From positions 124,868,001-124,932,000 of the forward strand of contig OZ296650.1 of the NCBI GenBank assembly GCA_965655095.1: 64,000 bases of DNA, in the 5' to 3' direction. Numbering within the stretch: position 1 is the stretch's first letter; the number at the start of each line of letters is the position of its first letter. Below are positions 28,401-41,830 of this stretch, piece by piece. A program made the translations under genes and the position numbers. The stretch is from Haplodiscus bocki. Lineage: Eukaryota. The notes under the pieces are model-generated. The model saw only the letters and a list, made by a program, of their open reading frames with translations. It made no database searches and had not been told where the DNA came from.

Positions 28401-31400
28401 CGCTGCTCTGAGGATACAATTCAGAAGTGTTCGAGAGACTTCAGACGGTAACAAATCGGGAGCCGTCTCATTCGTGGTTGCCACCATTCACGGGGACCCT
28501 TTGCTGCTCACTTTATTCATTTTTACTCGTTTGTTCGTCTGCTTAACACATAAATGGATGCTCTCCTGAAAACCTAGTTCACTGTTTCCCAGCTATGTCA
28601 CAAATCTGAGATTATTCGAGCAGCCAAAAGAAATGAAACAGCCTGTGGCGAAATCTTAGCTAATTGGAACGACATTATATTTAAAGTGTAAAAGAATTAA
28701 TAGTTTCCGCCCATATTTAAATATGGAAGGAAAAATCATCCACTCCACGCGAACGTTTTTTTACGTTTACTTGCCAATTGCACAAGATGTGGGCCATTGT
28801 GACTTTGAAAATTTCATACCACCAAATTATAGCAAACTTGCCGTAGATTGCGACTGAAAGACTACGGTTTTCATATACGTACGGAATTTGGGTTTTTAGG
28901 AAAGTTGGGGTTTGTAGGAAAAAAAATGATTTAATATCAAAATCGCTAAAGCTTGCTAATTTGTTGCAGATTTCTATATAATGACATTATTTCTCAAAAA
29001 AGGTTTTTTTCCACCTAAATTGAGCTTTTTTCTCAAACAAATCAGAAAATTTTTTAATTTAAATCAGAAAAATGAAAAAAGAAAACTTCCCGAAGCAGAG
29101 TGTTTATCAGAAAAAACACCTTCAATCCTTTAAAAAGCATCTTTATAAGGTCTAGGCAAGTTGTAGGATGAAAAATATGCCAGTGGTAGCTGTCCACCTT
29201 GTTCTATAGTAGATTTTAGATATCTTTATTTCGGTCATGCAACACAAGAACCATTCAATGAATTTAATTTGTTTATGCACCTCAACTGTGATGAGGCAAA
29301 CAAGAGGCGCAGTCGTACGGCGACATTTCCGTCAAGGTGGCGAATAAAAAATTGATCGAACTTACAACAAATCACTTTTACAAATAACACAAAAACGACA
29401 AGAAACATCTCAGACAGAAAAACTGATAGCAGTTGTTTGACATTTTCGAACTATGATATATCCAACGCAGAAATAAAATCCAAGCATTTCAATTCAAAAC
29501 TCCTCTGTAACCGAAAGTCTGTCCGATGAAAACTTGATGACAGAAATTAAGCTGGTAGTTACGGAGAAACAGTTTGAATCTCGTGGTGAATCAAAATGAA
29601 TAGCTCATTTTGCAACCTTCAACCTATCAGAACTCGTTTCCAAGGAACGAAAGAAATGACTTTTTTAAATTCTTCACCACAGTGTAAATCGTTTGATTGA
29701 GACCTCGTTATAAAAAACAAGCCTGTGGTTACGGAGAAATATGAGATTGAGTATGGAAATCAATCAAAATTATTAGCACAATTGGAATGTTCGGACCATC
29801 AGAAAACATCAGAATCCTGATGCAAGGATCAATACGAAGATTTTTTGGTGGCAGATTCTCGCACACTTTTGAAGCTTTCGGTTGAGACCTTGCTGAAGGA
29901 AGTCACGTCGGTACTTACGGAGAAAGATGAGTTTGAATATCAAGATGAATCAACATCAAACACACTTTTTGAGATATTCGGACTATCAGGATTGTTATGG
30001 AAGAAAAAATCCGTAACTTGTCAAAAACCTAGTTTGCGACAAGCCAGAAGTTCTCAATTGGGACCTTGATTGAAACCTGCACAATGTGGAAGCGAAAGTA
30101 TGCAATGCTGACTGCAAAAAACATAGATTAACGATTTCCAGTGAAATTCAAAAATAAAAGTTTTTCATTCGAGGAAGTATTGCTCAAAACTTTGTATGGA
30201 GCAAATGCTGTAGGCGTTGACGAAAGTCAGCTCATTGATGAATTCGCATCATGTTGTGAAAATATGACCCATCAAAATCGCACAATTTTGATTGCAGCAC
30301 CCTTGGGCGACCACAAACTTAATGGCTTCAAGGAGATCCTGAACCTTCGGTCGAAAACGGAGAGAATAGTTGAAATTGTTGAAGGCCGACTGTGACTTTC
30401 GTCTGGCCAAAAGTGCCAACTTCACCAAACGCAGGAACAAAGATCTACCCTTGAACATACACATTGGGCAAAAAAAAGTTTTGTGTTTCACGTAGAAGGT
30501 GCTTATTCAGTATGGAATAACCACGATGAAATATTGCTGAAAAACTTCGTTTGCACACTTCTCCTGAAATTGCATTTTTTCACTTGCCATAAATTTGCAG
30601 TGTTTTCAGACAGACATCAATTGAGCGAATCTTCATTCCAATGGTTTGATCCAATCAAATAAATTATGTCAGTCAAGTGGCTGAAAAACTTTGTCCCCGC
30701 GCTTCCACTACATTTATCGCTGGAGCCTCCACCTGATTTAGCGAAAGTATTTTCTTCAATTTTCAACTTGAGCCTTGCCCAGACGATATGATGTTCGCTG
30801 CGCAATAGTTAGAAACAAACATGGCAGTCCCAATTCTCGATCTGACTCATCTTTTGAGGGTACTGTAAAAGAGTGTGGCGAATGCACCTGATAATAAATT
30901 TACAACAAGCAATCGCGGTTTCGACCTTTAGTTATTAGCAAAATTTCTCCGACAGAACAGAAACCGTGATTTTGACAAAAAACGGCATTAAAACGAAATT
31001 GATTTTGAGGAGCCTCAATCAATTGGACTAAGGGACACTGTAGGCGTAAGCAACTATGCTTTACTATCTGCTTAGTTTCAAGGCAACGATATCATCTCGG
31101 ACTAAAAACAAGGAGCAGTGATTCAAACGCAGTGAAGCCCATTCGATAGGTGGCATGAGAGGATCCCTCATGGCCATGGCCAGAGTGTTGAATTTTGGCT
31201 CTGCGTGTTTCAAAAGTATCTGCTCACAATGCTTTTGCCCAGTTGTAGAACCTTCAGACGTGAATTGAAAGTTATTGAAAAAGACATCCAGTGTCTGCAG
31301 TGAAAAACTTCAACTATTCAGACTTCATTTTACCTACTACGCTCAAACTGAAATTGGGTTTACTTTCAAAATGTTGATTCTATAATTCAAAAATAAGAAG

Positions 31401-34400
31401 GTTTTCAAAAAATGCCCGAAAACGTATTTCGAAAGAAAACAAAAAAAATGGCCAGCTGCATCAAAACGAAAGCCATCATTTCATAGAAGACATCCACCAA
31501 AAAGAAGTTGGCAAAGCAGAACTAGGCTAAAGTTGATTTTTCGTGAGGAAGACTGCTCATTCATTTCTTTAAGGTACTATAGTTGAGAGGTTGGCAAAGG
31601 GCGTCGCAAACAAACATTTATGGGATCCACTCGCTGCCTTGCCCAAAGTTTGCACCGCCCTTTGTTACCCTCTGAAGTACACTACCTTTTGAAAGTTTGG
31701 GAATTTTCAGTTTAGATAGCACTGCAGACTTCACTTCCTCAACAGAATCAAAAAGTCTCTTCCCATGGGATTGGCAGGCAGAAAGCCAACGGGAACGTCC
31801 AGAGTTTTCAATCTTCAAAGTGAGGTTTGAATTTCTGCTGATTGAAGCGTTCACACAAACATCTAATGCATAAAATCAAAATGCAGCGTTTTAAATGGAG
31901 CGGGCTTTTTCATGGTCCCTGATTTATGGTTTCTCAAAGTCAAGTCTTTTTTAATTTTCATTCTCTAAATCGCTATTCAGAACCTAGAATTCTCAGTATG
32001 CTCCTTATTTTGAAGAGCTTTGATGTGGAAGGATAGAGGTGAATTTAGGAAAAGGCCGAGAAACAGCTGAATATTTGAAAACAGAATTGCTGGCGATGAC
32101 TCTTTAGGAGCATTTTCGGGATTTTGTTTCAACGCTTCAACAGTTTCAAGTTTTGAACTCACATTTGTGGATATTTCAAATAAATTGAATAATTGATTAG
32201 ATTGATTTGAAATTTGAAACAGTGTAGGCAAAGTTTCGAATTTTTAGAATTTCAAACAGCGCACTTTCTTGTTTTCACTGAGACCGAGAGAACATTTGTT
32301 GTTAGTATCATACATTTGAGTTTCATCAAATAATACATTGGTTGAAGAACATCAGCTTGCTTTTGTGGCAACAGTGTTGAAGACTATTTTTGAGCACCTG
32401 ATTTTTATACTCAAATTGTGTTGAGAAAGCAGAAACTAAACTTCCAGAAAACCGCCGTTTGGATATTGATTGTTCGCAACTGCTGGAGAATAATACTCGA
32501 ATGTTTTGTTGCAACGCCTCAACAGTTTCATGTCTTGAGCATACACTTGTGGATCCTTCATTTATATGAAAGCATTGCTTCGTTTGATAGAAAACTTAAA
32601 ACAGTGTGGGCGAACATTTAGAAGTTCAAACAGCGCTGTTTCTAGTTTCCACAGACATGAAGTGAATGTTTGTTATTAGTATCATATATTTCAGTTTCAC
32701 CAAAGAAGTCACCTATCAAAATAAAACAGCAGTTTGCATCGCTAACAACAGTATTAAAACTTTTTTCAGCAACCTAATTTCCAGACTCGAACAGTGTTGG
32801 GAATGGAAAAGCGAAATCTCCAGAAGACCGCTGTTTTGGTGTAGGGTTGTTCATAACTGCTGGAAAATGATGCTTCGTATAAGAGTTTTTTGTCCAAATT
32901 TTTTTTTGTTTTAGAAGCTGAGTGAACAACCTTTTCTAGGTTTTTTCCCACTTTTGTGGTACTTCGCTAGGAACACTTTCTCATGAACAGAATGAGAACT
33001 TGCCGAAAAATGCAAGTCTTTGCGAAGAGTTGGAATAGATTTGGACAGGATTTCTACTCTTGTGTGTTTAGATGCAAACATCACTTCTTAAATTACTTTC
33101 GTTCGGTGGTTGTAATTTTTTGCGAGAACAGATTTCTGAACGAGGGTTGGCTGAGTGAGGATTTCATTTTGTTGCTTGAAATTTTGTTTGCCAGCTCGCT
33201 TTGTTTTGCACATCAAATGTTCAGTTGATAAAGGATGTATACAACCACCGTTTTTGATGTCGATTTAAAAAAACAAAGGTTTCCTTGGATGTTTCAACAG
33301 TCTGCAGTGAACTCTTTGCTGTTTTGAAACTAGCTGTTGGATTGCTGAACATTTGTACATTAAACGTTATTACAGTTTGGAAACCTGAAACAAAATTTTG
33401 ATGTGAGTTTGGAACAGAATGGCCTTTGCAGAAAATCTTGCTTTCAGCTAACGTGAGATTTTGGATTGCTCTCACTCCGTTGTTCGGGCTCAACCGATGA
33501 GACAGTACTTTATTTCATTTACGTTTGGAAGTTTGACTTCGAATTTTTTTTTCATGTCATTTTCCGGAAATTGCAGTTTTTTTCCAGAATGTCTTTGGGT
33601 TCAAGTGGATGCCTAATTTACGTCGAATTATTTTCCCGACGTAGTTTTTGCACTCGTCCAAAACTTCAAATTTGATATACAGTTGCGCTCGCTGGAAATA
33701 TAACCATATCTGTTGCGACATGCAAGAGGTGGGGCCTTGTGAGAACGACTTGGGTTTAAAGTAACGTGAGACTAAATTGTGTGTTTCATAACATGGTTTT
33801 GACCTCACCTCGACTTGTACAACAAACGTTTGATTTGACCTAAACTACGTTTTTTGATGTGCATTTGCAAAAATGCACCATTTCCTGGACTTTGATTTTC
33901 CGACTTCATGCACTTGTGCTCAATTATTTTCCAATATGGCTTGTGGACTCATTTAGACTTGTGCCTCATTTGTTTAGGTATTGTCAGAGCTCTAGAACAA
34001 TCTTTTGATGAGAAGTTGCAAGAGAAAAGCAGTTTCAGACAGACTTTGTGCTTTCCGTAATTCAAGAGTAACCTTTTTTTGCAATCAATTTAATTTTTGG
34101 CCTTTGCAAGGCTGTACATTGAAAGTTAACTTTAGTTCAGACAACTAGAAACACCTTCTAGGTTGGGATTTTGCCAAAGCATGGCGTTTTCTGAAGGGAA
34201 ACTGGTTTTATTCGATGTGAGGTTAAAAGCGAATTGTTTTACAATATGGCTTGCTCGGGATTGCTCGGAGTTGTTGGAGTTTTGCTGAATTATTTCCCAA
34301 GATCGTTTGTGAGCTCATTCAGAATTGTAGGTCAATGGTTTACCTAAGATCAGAGCTTCAGAACAACCTTTTAATGTAAAGTTGCAGAAGAAAGGCGTTT

Positions 34401-37400
34401 TCAGACAGACTTGTGTTCTCCACAATTCAAGAGTCACCTTTCATGTTTCATTGCTTTCACTTTACTTTTGGGCCTTTGAAAGGCTATACATCGATAGTTT
34501 AGTTTAGTTCAGACGACTAAAAACAAACACCTTCTCGCTTGCGATTTTGCCAAAGCATGGCGTTTTTGGGGGACTTTCGTTTTTTATAAAATCAAGCTAA
34601 CGGTCAATTGTTTTCCATTACGGTTTTGGTGATAGCGGTATTTGTACACCTTGTACTTGCATGTTTAGTTGGAGCCGAAGATGTAGAATAACCCTTTTGA
34701 GAGGAATTATCAAGACCACGGCATTTTCAGGTAAAGTTTGTGTTTATTATAATATAGAAGGAATGTTTAATTGCTTTCAAATCGCATTGCCAAAGGCTAT
34801 CCAGTAGTGTAGTACAATTTGGGGAACTGAAGCCACAATTTGTCAGTGAGTTTGAGTTTGGAAGAGAACGGTTTTTTTTAAAAAAGTGCTTTGGTTTTAT
34901 GTAATGCGATACCAACGTTCAGTAGTTTTTCAATGTAGTTCTTGGCTATTTAACTCCCGTGAATGAATCGTGTAGTTGATATTTTTAACTGTCGGAAACC
35001 GCGTTCCTTGATATGAATTGGAAAGAACACTGCAATTTTCAACAAGCATTTTGCTTATCGCCATTGAGAGTTGCCTTGAATTTTCACAGAAGATGGCTTT
35101 TTTGCTCCCCAAGACTAGTATATCAAATGTTTAGTTGCAGGTATAGCAGAACCCTTTTGACATGATTTTGTTAACCAAGGCATTTTCAGACAGAACTTTA
35201 ATTTTCCCGTTTTAAATTATCAGCGTTTAATTGCTACCAATGGCATCTGGGATTTCCCGAGCCAATGCAATACAAGTTATATTGACTTCGGATTTCAATC
35301 GTTTTCCAGTTTTGGGACTCACCCACAAACATATAAAGGAGTTCGGAGTTGTAAGAGCAACAATTTGATGTGAGTTTATGGAAGAGCGTCTTTTTCAAAG
35401 TCTTTTGGTTCGAAGTGTTGTGACACTAACCTTTCATTGTTTTTCCAATATGTTTTCGACACCCACTTATTCATGAAACGGTTAGTTTGGTTGGGTCCTT
35501 TTAATTTCAGTTCGGAATTTTCAGAGTTTTGGGTTTTGAACGTTTTTAGACTGCCATTTAATTGTTTTGCAGTACGGTTTTGGAATCGCCCACCGTTTTG
35601 CATCAAATGTTAAACCGAGTTCGGAGACCCCAAATTATCTCTTCTGATGTGAGTTTGCTAAACCACGGTTTTCCAGGATGTTTTTTGGTTTTAGGCATTG
35701 TAAGATTACCATTCAAGTGTTGACCATCGCGGTTTTTGGACTCGCTGGCTTTTATTAATTTTCCCGCCCATATGTAAAAATGGAAGGTAAATCATTCACC
35801 CAAATCTGAAAATGAACGTTTTTTTTTACGTTTTGCCAATAGATAATGTCCAACTTGACGCTAGTGTCCGATTTCGAGTTGGAACGTTTTCCATCCGTAC
35901 ATTGCTACTGAAATATTAAGATTTCTCGAAACGCACGAAAATTGGGTTTTTCAAAAAAGATGGTTTTTGTTCTCAAAACTTGTATGATTACTGTCAATGT
36001 AAAAGCTTTTGTCATATAATGGACAGCTCGCAAACAGTTGTCAAAATTATTCAAGGGAGCGTTTGTAGAACTGCCAAATCTACGTAGAAATTTTGCAATG
36101 CCAACGAATATTGACAGTTGGTTTACTTACTGTGTACTTAGTCATCAAACTTCAGTTTCGGTTGAATTTGTACTTTGAACTCTTTGCTTAGAAAATTTTC
36201 GGTTTGGGAGTCAAAAATTGCATTTAACCCCCCCTTTCCTTACTACTCCTACCATTCTTGTATTTCGTCAAAACATCAAGATATCGAGTAGTCGACGTAG
36301 TGCTAAATGTACAAAATGCAAGGGCAGTTTTTTCAAGAAAAACTAGTTTCAACGAACGACGCATGGAGAAACTTTTTTCATGGAGCCATTATTCTCGAGG
36401 GTAAAAGAACGAAGGTTATTACCTCTGCTCCATGGCAGAAATTCCAGGTACTGGGTAGTTGAATCAACACTAGATGGACGCAAACCGACCGCTGGTCGTA
36501 AAAAATGAACGAAAGGTGCAGGTAAAAACATTTTTAATTTTCCAATTGTAAACGTTTTTAGCCAGAAAACAAAAAGAATCCTTGTGCCACTTGAGAGAAA
36601 TTCAGCCTCTGAGTGATGAAATCAGTGCTGGAAAGACAGAATCCGACCACCAGTTTCAGAGAAAATCATTACAAACGAATGACTCCCATAAAAATCTAAC
36701 TGTAATTCCATTCAAAAGTTGCAATTTTTCGCAAGAAATGTGGGAAACAGACTGTCCGTCCCAATCCAAGTTATACAATTGTTTCTAGTTGATGTATATA
36801 TAACCAACTAGCTTTCAGCGAAAATTGTCAACAAAGAAAACTTCCCGCGCATTCCAGACAAACAAGCCAGAAAGAAGTCTAACAGTTCAAGCCACTGCGT
36901 ACCGGACAAAAAAAAATACATCAACCGTAAAATAATTGCTTCGCTCGTTATGCTCGACTCGCAAGTGTAAACAGAGGTGAAACGGAGCCCCCAAAACTGG
37001 AAACCTGAAAGAGTTCAACTCTCTGACAACTTGAAACATCAGCGTGGCAAAGAAGCACAGGAAAGCTTAAACTTCTGAGAACATCCAAAAGTATGAAAAC
37101 TATTTTCGAGACTTTCTCAGAAATATTGAGCGGCGATACAAAATCATGCAGATTCGGATAAGGAAGCGATTCTTCAAATCGCCAGAACTTCCAATAGGAG
37201 CAGAATTTTGCGAAACATTGGAAAAGACAAAAAGCTTCATGAAAAACGAAATTGAAGTTCTTCTGAGTTCCAAACACTAATCTCAGAAAAAAGTACAAAA
37301 AAGCGATCGCTATGCGATAACTGAGAGGAATAAAGAACAAAAAAGCGATCGCTAACACTTAACACCTCAATTTGGCCACCAGCCGCTAAATTGATTTGGT

Positions 37401-39519
37401 AGTTGTTGCACCATTGGTCGTATTCTGTGAGGAAGAACTCCCGATGCAAGACGCAAGTGGAATCAAAATCTACTTTCCAGTCAAAAATTCAGTTACATCC
37501 GTGGAAAAATGAGGAACAGGCCAATTCGGATGCATACCAGAAATTCTACGTTGAGAGTGCTTCGCAATGCTCATAAGATGCTCCCATGCCGGAATTTCAT
37601 CATTCAGATTAACACTTTCAGAAGACGATCCAACTCTAAATTTAGAAATGCAAGTCCATTTAGGAAGCAGAAAACTGCAGCAGTGAGCCTCTGTCACTCA
37701 GAGGTGTCATAAAAAATGCGCAAAAATCGATTGAGACTCACTGGATGAACAGCTTTGATATTATGTGGGAAATTAGAACTTATCATCAACAATGTTTCCG
37801 GGTGTTTTGTCAACAAAGAAGCAGCTTCAAGATCGATTTTAAACCGAAAGAAAATGGAACAGGTCAAGCATTAACTCAGACATTTCATCCATGGGGTTGG
37901 CTGATGAATATGCAATGAATATCAATCGAGAAGATACACTCGAGGAAAATAGATTTGGAAAAAAACCAAAAAATTTCGGAATTTAGGTTACAAGTAAAGA
38001 AATTTCTTGCAAGAGGACACAATTTTTTCCACGAAAAAAAAACGTGTCACTTAGAAAATCCTTTACGAAACTGATGCCGGTAACTGAGCAGTGGAGTGTA
38101 TTGATAGATGTAGCAAAGGTGAGTTTCCTACCAAAAATAGATTCTCTCGGGTATTTCAGCCAAAAAAACACCTGAGGCCGATTTTCGAAACTTGGCGCTT
38201 CTTATGAAATTGTGCATACTAAAAGGAACAAATTGACGCAAGAACATTAAGATGAAAAGTAAAGGGCAGAAACGTGCCCAGGAACAATTGAGCAATAAAT
38301 TCGAGGTGTAAACTATACGACAAAAAAAACGCTAGTTGACCGTAATAAGCTGGCGTTTGCCATGTATTTGTCTCCACTTTTGAACGAACGGTGGTCTAAA
38401 AACTCCGGCCATGTAAAGGGTTGGACGAAAGGCTTGTTAGCCATAGATAAGGGTTAGAGACTAAGCAAGTCAATTTTTTTTGAGAAAGCGTCCCATCTTT
38501 GCGTTATTTCTTGGTAGTATTGTAGAACCTGTTTATGAATGTCTCCTTATACATTTCAAGCATTACGGGCAGCGCCCACTTTAGCGTTCGGGGTGTGTCT
38601 GTTCAAGGAAAGGCCCTACTTTTCTGTATGTGGCTCAATGCCGTATTTACGGTATTTTCGGCTATGCGTAAAAAATTCAATGTTACGCTGCTCTGAGGAT
38701 ACAATTCAGAAGTGTTCGAGAGACTTCAGACGGTAACAAGTCGGGAGCCGTCTCATACGTGGTTGCCACCATTCGCGGGGACCCTTTGCTGCTCACTTTA
38801 TTTATTTTTGCTCGTTTGTTCGTCTGCTTAAAACATAAATGGATGCTCTCCTGAAAACCTAGTTCACTGTTTCCCAGCTATGTCACAAATCTGAGATTAT
38901 TCGAGCAGCCAAAAGAAATGAAACAGCCTGTGGCGAAATCTTAGCTAATTGGAACGACATTATATTTAAAGTGTAAAAGAAATAATAGTTTCCGCCCATA
39001 TTTAAATATGGAAGGAAAAATCATCCACTCCACGCGAACGTTTTTTTACGTTTACTTGCCAATTGCACAAGATTTGGGCCATTGTGACTTTGAAAATTTC
39101 ATACCACCAAATTATAGCAAATTTGCCGTAGATTGCGACTGAAAGACTACGGTTTTCAAATACGTACGGAATTTGGGTTTTTAGGAAAGTTGGGGTTTGT
39201 AGGAAAAAAAATGATTTAATATCAAAAATCGCTAAAGCTTGCTAATTTGTTGCAGATTTCTATATAATGACATTATTTCTCAAAAAAGTTTTTTCCCACC
39301 TAAATTGAGCTTTTTTCTCAAACAAATCAGAAAATTTTTAAATTTAAATCAGAAAAATAAAAATAGAAAACTTCCCGATGCAGAGTATTTATCAGAAAAA
39401 ACACTTTCAATCTTTTAAAAAGCATCTTTATAAGGTCTAGGCAAGTTGTAGGGTGAAAAATATGCCAGTGGTAGCTGTCCACCTTGTTCTATAGTAGATT
39501 TTAGATCTCTTTATTTCGG

Positions 39520-41830
39520 TCATGCAACACAAGAACCATTCAATGAATTTAATTTGTTTATGCACCTCAACTGTGATGAGGCAAACAAGAGGCGCAGTCG
39601 TACGGCGACATTTCCGTCAAGGTGGCGAATAAAAAATTGATCGAACTTACAACAAATCACTTTTACAAATAACACAAAAACGACAAGAAACATCTCGTCG
39701 GAGACATTGTCCAAGAATTCAAGCCGATAGCTTTGGAGAATTATGAGTTTGAATATCGACAAAATAAGAATGCTAATTGACTTTTTTTCGCATCTTCAGC
39801 CTATCAATATTCCAATCTAAGGGACAAAATCAGAGACTGTTTCATCTGAGAAACATTCAAAACCATACCAACATCAATTCAGACTTTGGTAGAAGAATTC
39901 AAATCTGTAGTTTTTAAGAAGGAAGACTAGGAATATCGAGACATCTCGAAACTAAAAGCACTTTTGCCACTTCTCGTCAATCACGGACTCTAAAAATGAT
40001 GTAACGGACCAATTCGATGATTTTCAGAAACGACTAGTCAGCCTCAAGTAAAAAGCGATCGATTGACACCTTGATGGAAAAATGGAACAAGTAGAGCTCA
40101 AGATATATGAGTTTGAAAATCGAAGCATTGAGACGAACAGGACTCTCTGGCATTTCTGGTCCATCGGGATTCCACAGAAAAGACAAAAATCAATACTTTC
40201 GAATGAAGAAGTTCAACACCAAAAAAATAAATTAAGATCGTCAAGGAAGAAAACAAGTCACTGGTAAAGGAGAACTATGAGTTGGAATATAGAAAAAATG
40301 TCAAAACTGATAGCAGTTGTTTGACATTTTCGAACTATGATATATCCAACACAGAAATAAAATCCAAGCATTTCAATTCAAAACTCCTCCATAACCGAAA
40401 GTCTGTCCGATGAAAACTTGATGACAGAAATTAAGCTGGTAGTTAAGGAGAAACAGTTTGAATCTCGTGGTGAATCGAAATGAATAGCTCATTTTGCAAC
40501 CTTCAACCTATCAGAACTCGTTTCCAAGGAACGAAAAAATGACTTCTTTTCAAATTCTTCACCACAGTGTAAATCGTTTGATTGAGACCTCGTTATAAAA
40601 AACGAACCTGTGGTTACGGAGAAATATGAGATTGAGTATGGAAATCAATCAAAATTATTAGCACAATTGGAATGTTCGGACCATCAGAAAACATCAGAAT
40701 CCTGATGCAAGGATCAATACGAAGATTTTTTGGTAGCAGATTCTCTCACACTTTTGAAGCTTTCGGTTGAGACCTTGCTGAAGGAAGTCACGTCGGTACT
40801 TACGGAGAAAGATGAGTTTGAATATCAAGATGAATCAACATCAAACACACTTTTTGAGATATTCGGACTATCAGGATTGTTATGGAAGAAAAAATCCGTA
40901 ACTTGTCAAAAACCTAGTTTGCGACAAGCCAGAAGTTCTCAATTGGGACCTTGATTGAAGAACTCAAGCCTCCATTTACGGATAAAAATGAGCTTGAAGA
41001 GCGAGATAAATAAACAGTGAGTGCATTTTTTGGAGTTCTAGGTTTGTCAGGTTTTTGATTCAAGGATCAAAACTAATGATTCTCTCAATGAAGGGTCCTC
41101 TACAAGTGTCAAAGTTTCCATCGAGATCGTCAAACCTGTCGTTACGGAGAACTATGACTTTGAATACAGAGATGAATCAAAATTAAACGCATTTTTTGGA
41201 GCTTCCGGACCATCAGGATTCTGACAAAAGGATCAAAATCATAGTTTATTCAAAGGAATCCTTTTTTACATTTTTAGGGTAATCTATTGACACCTTGTTA
41301 GAAACGAAACCTGTAGTTACGGAGAAACATGAGGTCGAGTATCGAGATAAAACGATATTGAAAGCACTTCATGGAACTTTCGGACTCTTCTGATTCTGAC
41401 GCAAAGATCGAAACCAATTAATTCTGAATCGAATCCTACACCACAAAAGTAATGCTTTCCAAAGGGACTTTGATCGAAGAAATCAAACCTAAAGTTTCGG
41501 AGAAAGTTGAAAATTGAGAAAATCTATATTATTAGCTTTTCTGGAAATTTCAGACGATCGAGAATATGAAGCAAATATCAAAACATGTGGTTTTTAAAAC
41601 AAATCCTCCTCTACAAGTGTAAAGTTTTCGCTTCAGACCCTGATGGAAGAAGTCGAGCCGGTAGTTGATGAGAAAAGTGATTTTAAATATCGACAAGAAT
41701 CAAAACACTTCACAGAAGTCTAGCACTAACAGGATTGTGACAATAGACACAAAACAACGGAGTCAAAGAAGTACTCTTGTAAAAGTGGAACGTTTCCGAT
41801 TCAGACCTGAATGAAGGAAGTGAGACTTTT
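39520..41830 (+). repeat. ~177-bp degenerate satellite; last array copy running on into single-copy monomers
   Basis: The same monomer motif continues beyond the array end at ~40977, 41141, 41314, 41494 and 41662 (GTTACGGAGAACTATGACTTTGAATAC, GTAGTTACGGAGAAACATGAGGTCGAGTATCGA). Confidence 0.8.

Larger units (their letters stand above)
5402..40959 (+). repeat. ~10.9-kb direct tandem array: partial unit 5402-8860, full units 8861-19773, 19774-30074 (with ~0.6-kb deletion) and 30075-40959; no recognisable gene
   Basis: Marker GAGGAACAGGCCA recurs at ~5418, 16322, 27225 and 37511. Junction TTGATTGAA|ACCTGCAC occurs at 8860, 19773 and 30074. The same short ORF peptides recur at this spacing. The last copy stops matching after 40959. 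Confidence 0.95.

Noticed and set aside
196-40954. Dozens of 60-190 aa ORFs recurring in each array unit
   Set aside because: Recurrence reflects recent duplication. Frames open and close between copies through indels and stops, and no protein motifs were recognised.
5402-40959. rDNA, histone, 5S or snRNA cluster as the identity of the ~11-kb tandem unit
   Set aside because: No 18S/5.8S/28S/5S conserved motifs, histone ORFs or U1/U2/U6 signatures were found on either strand.
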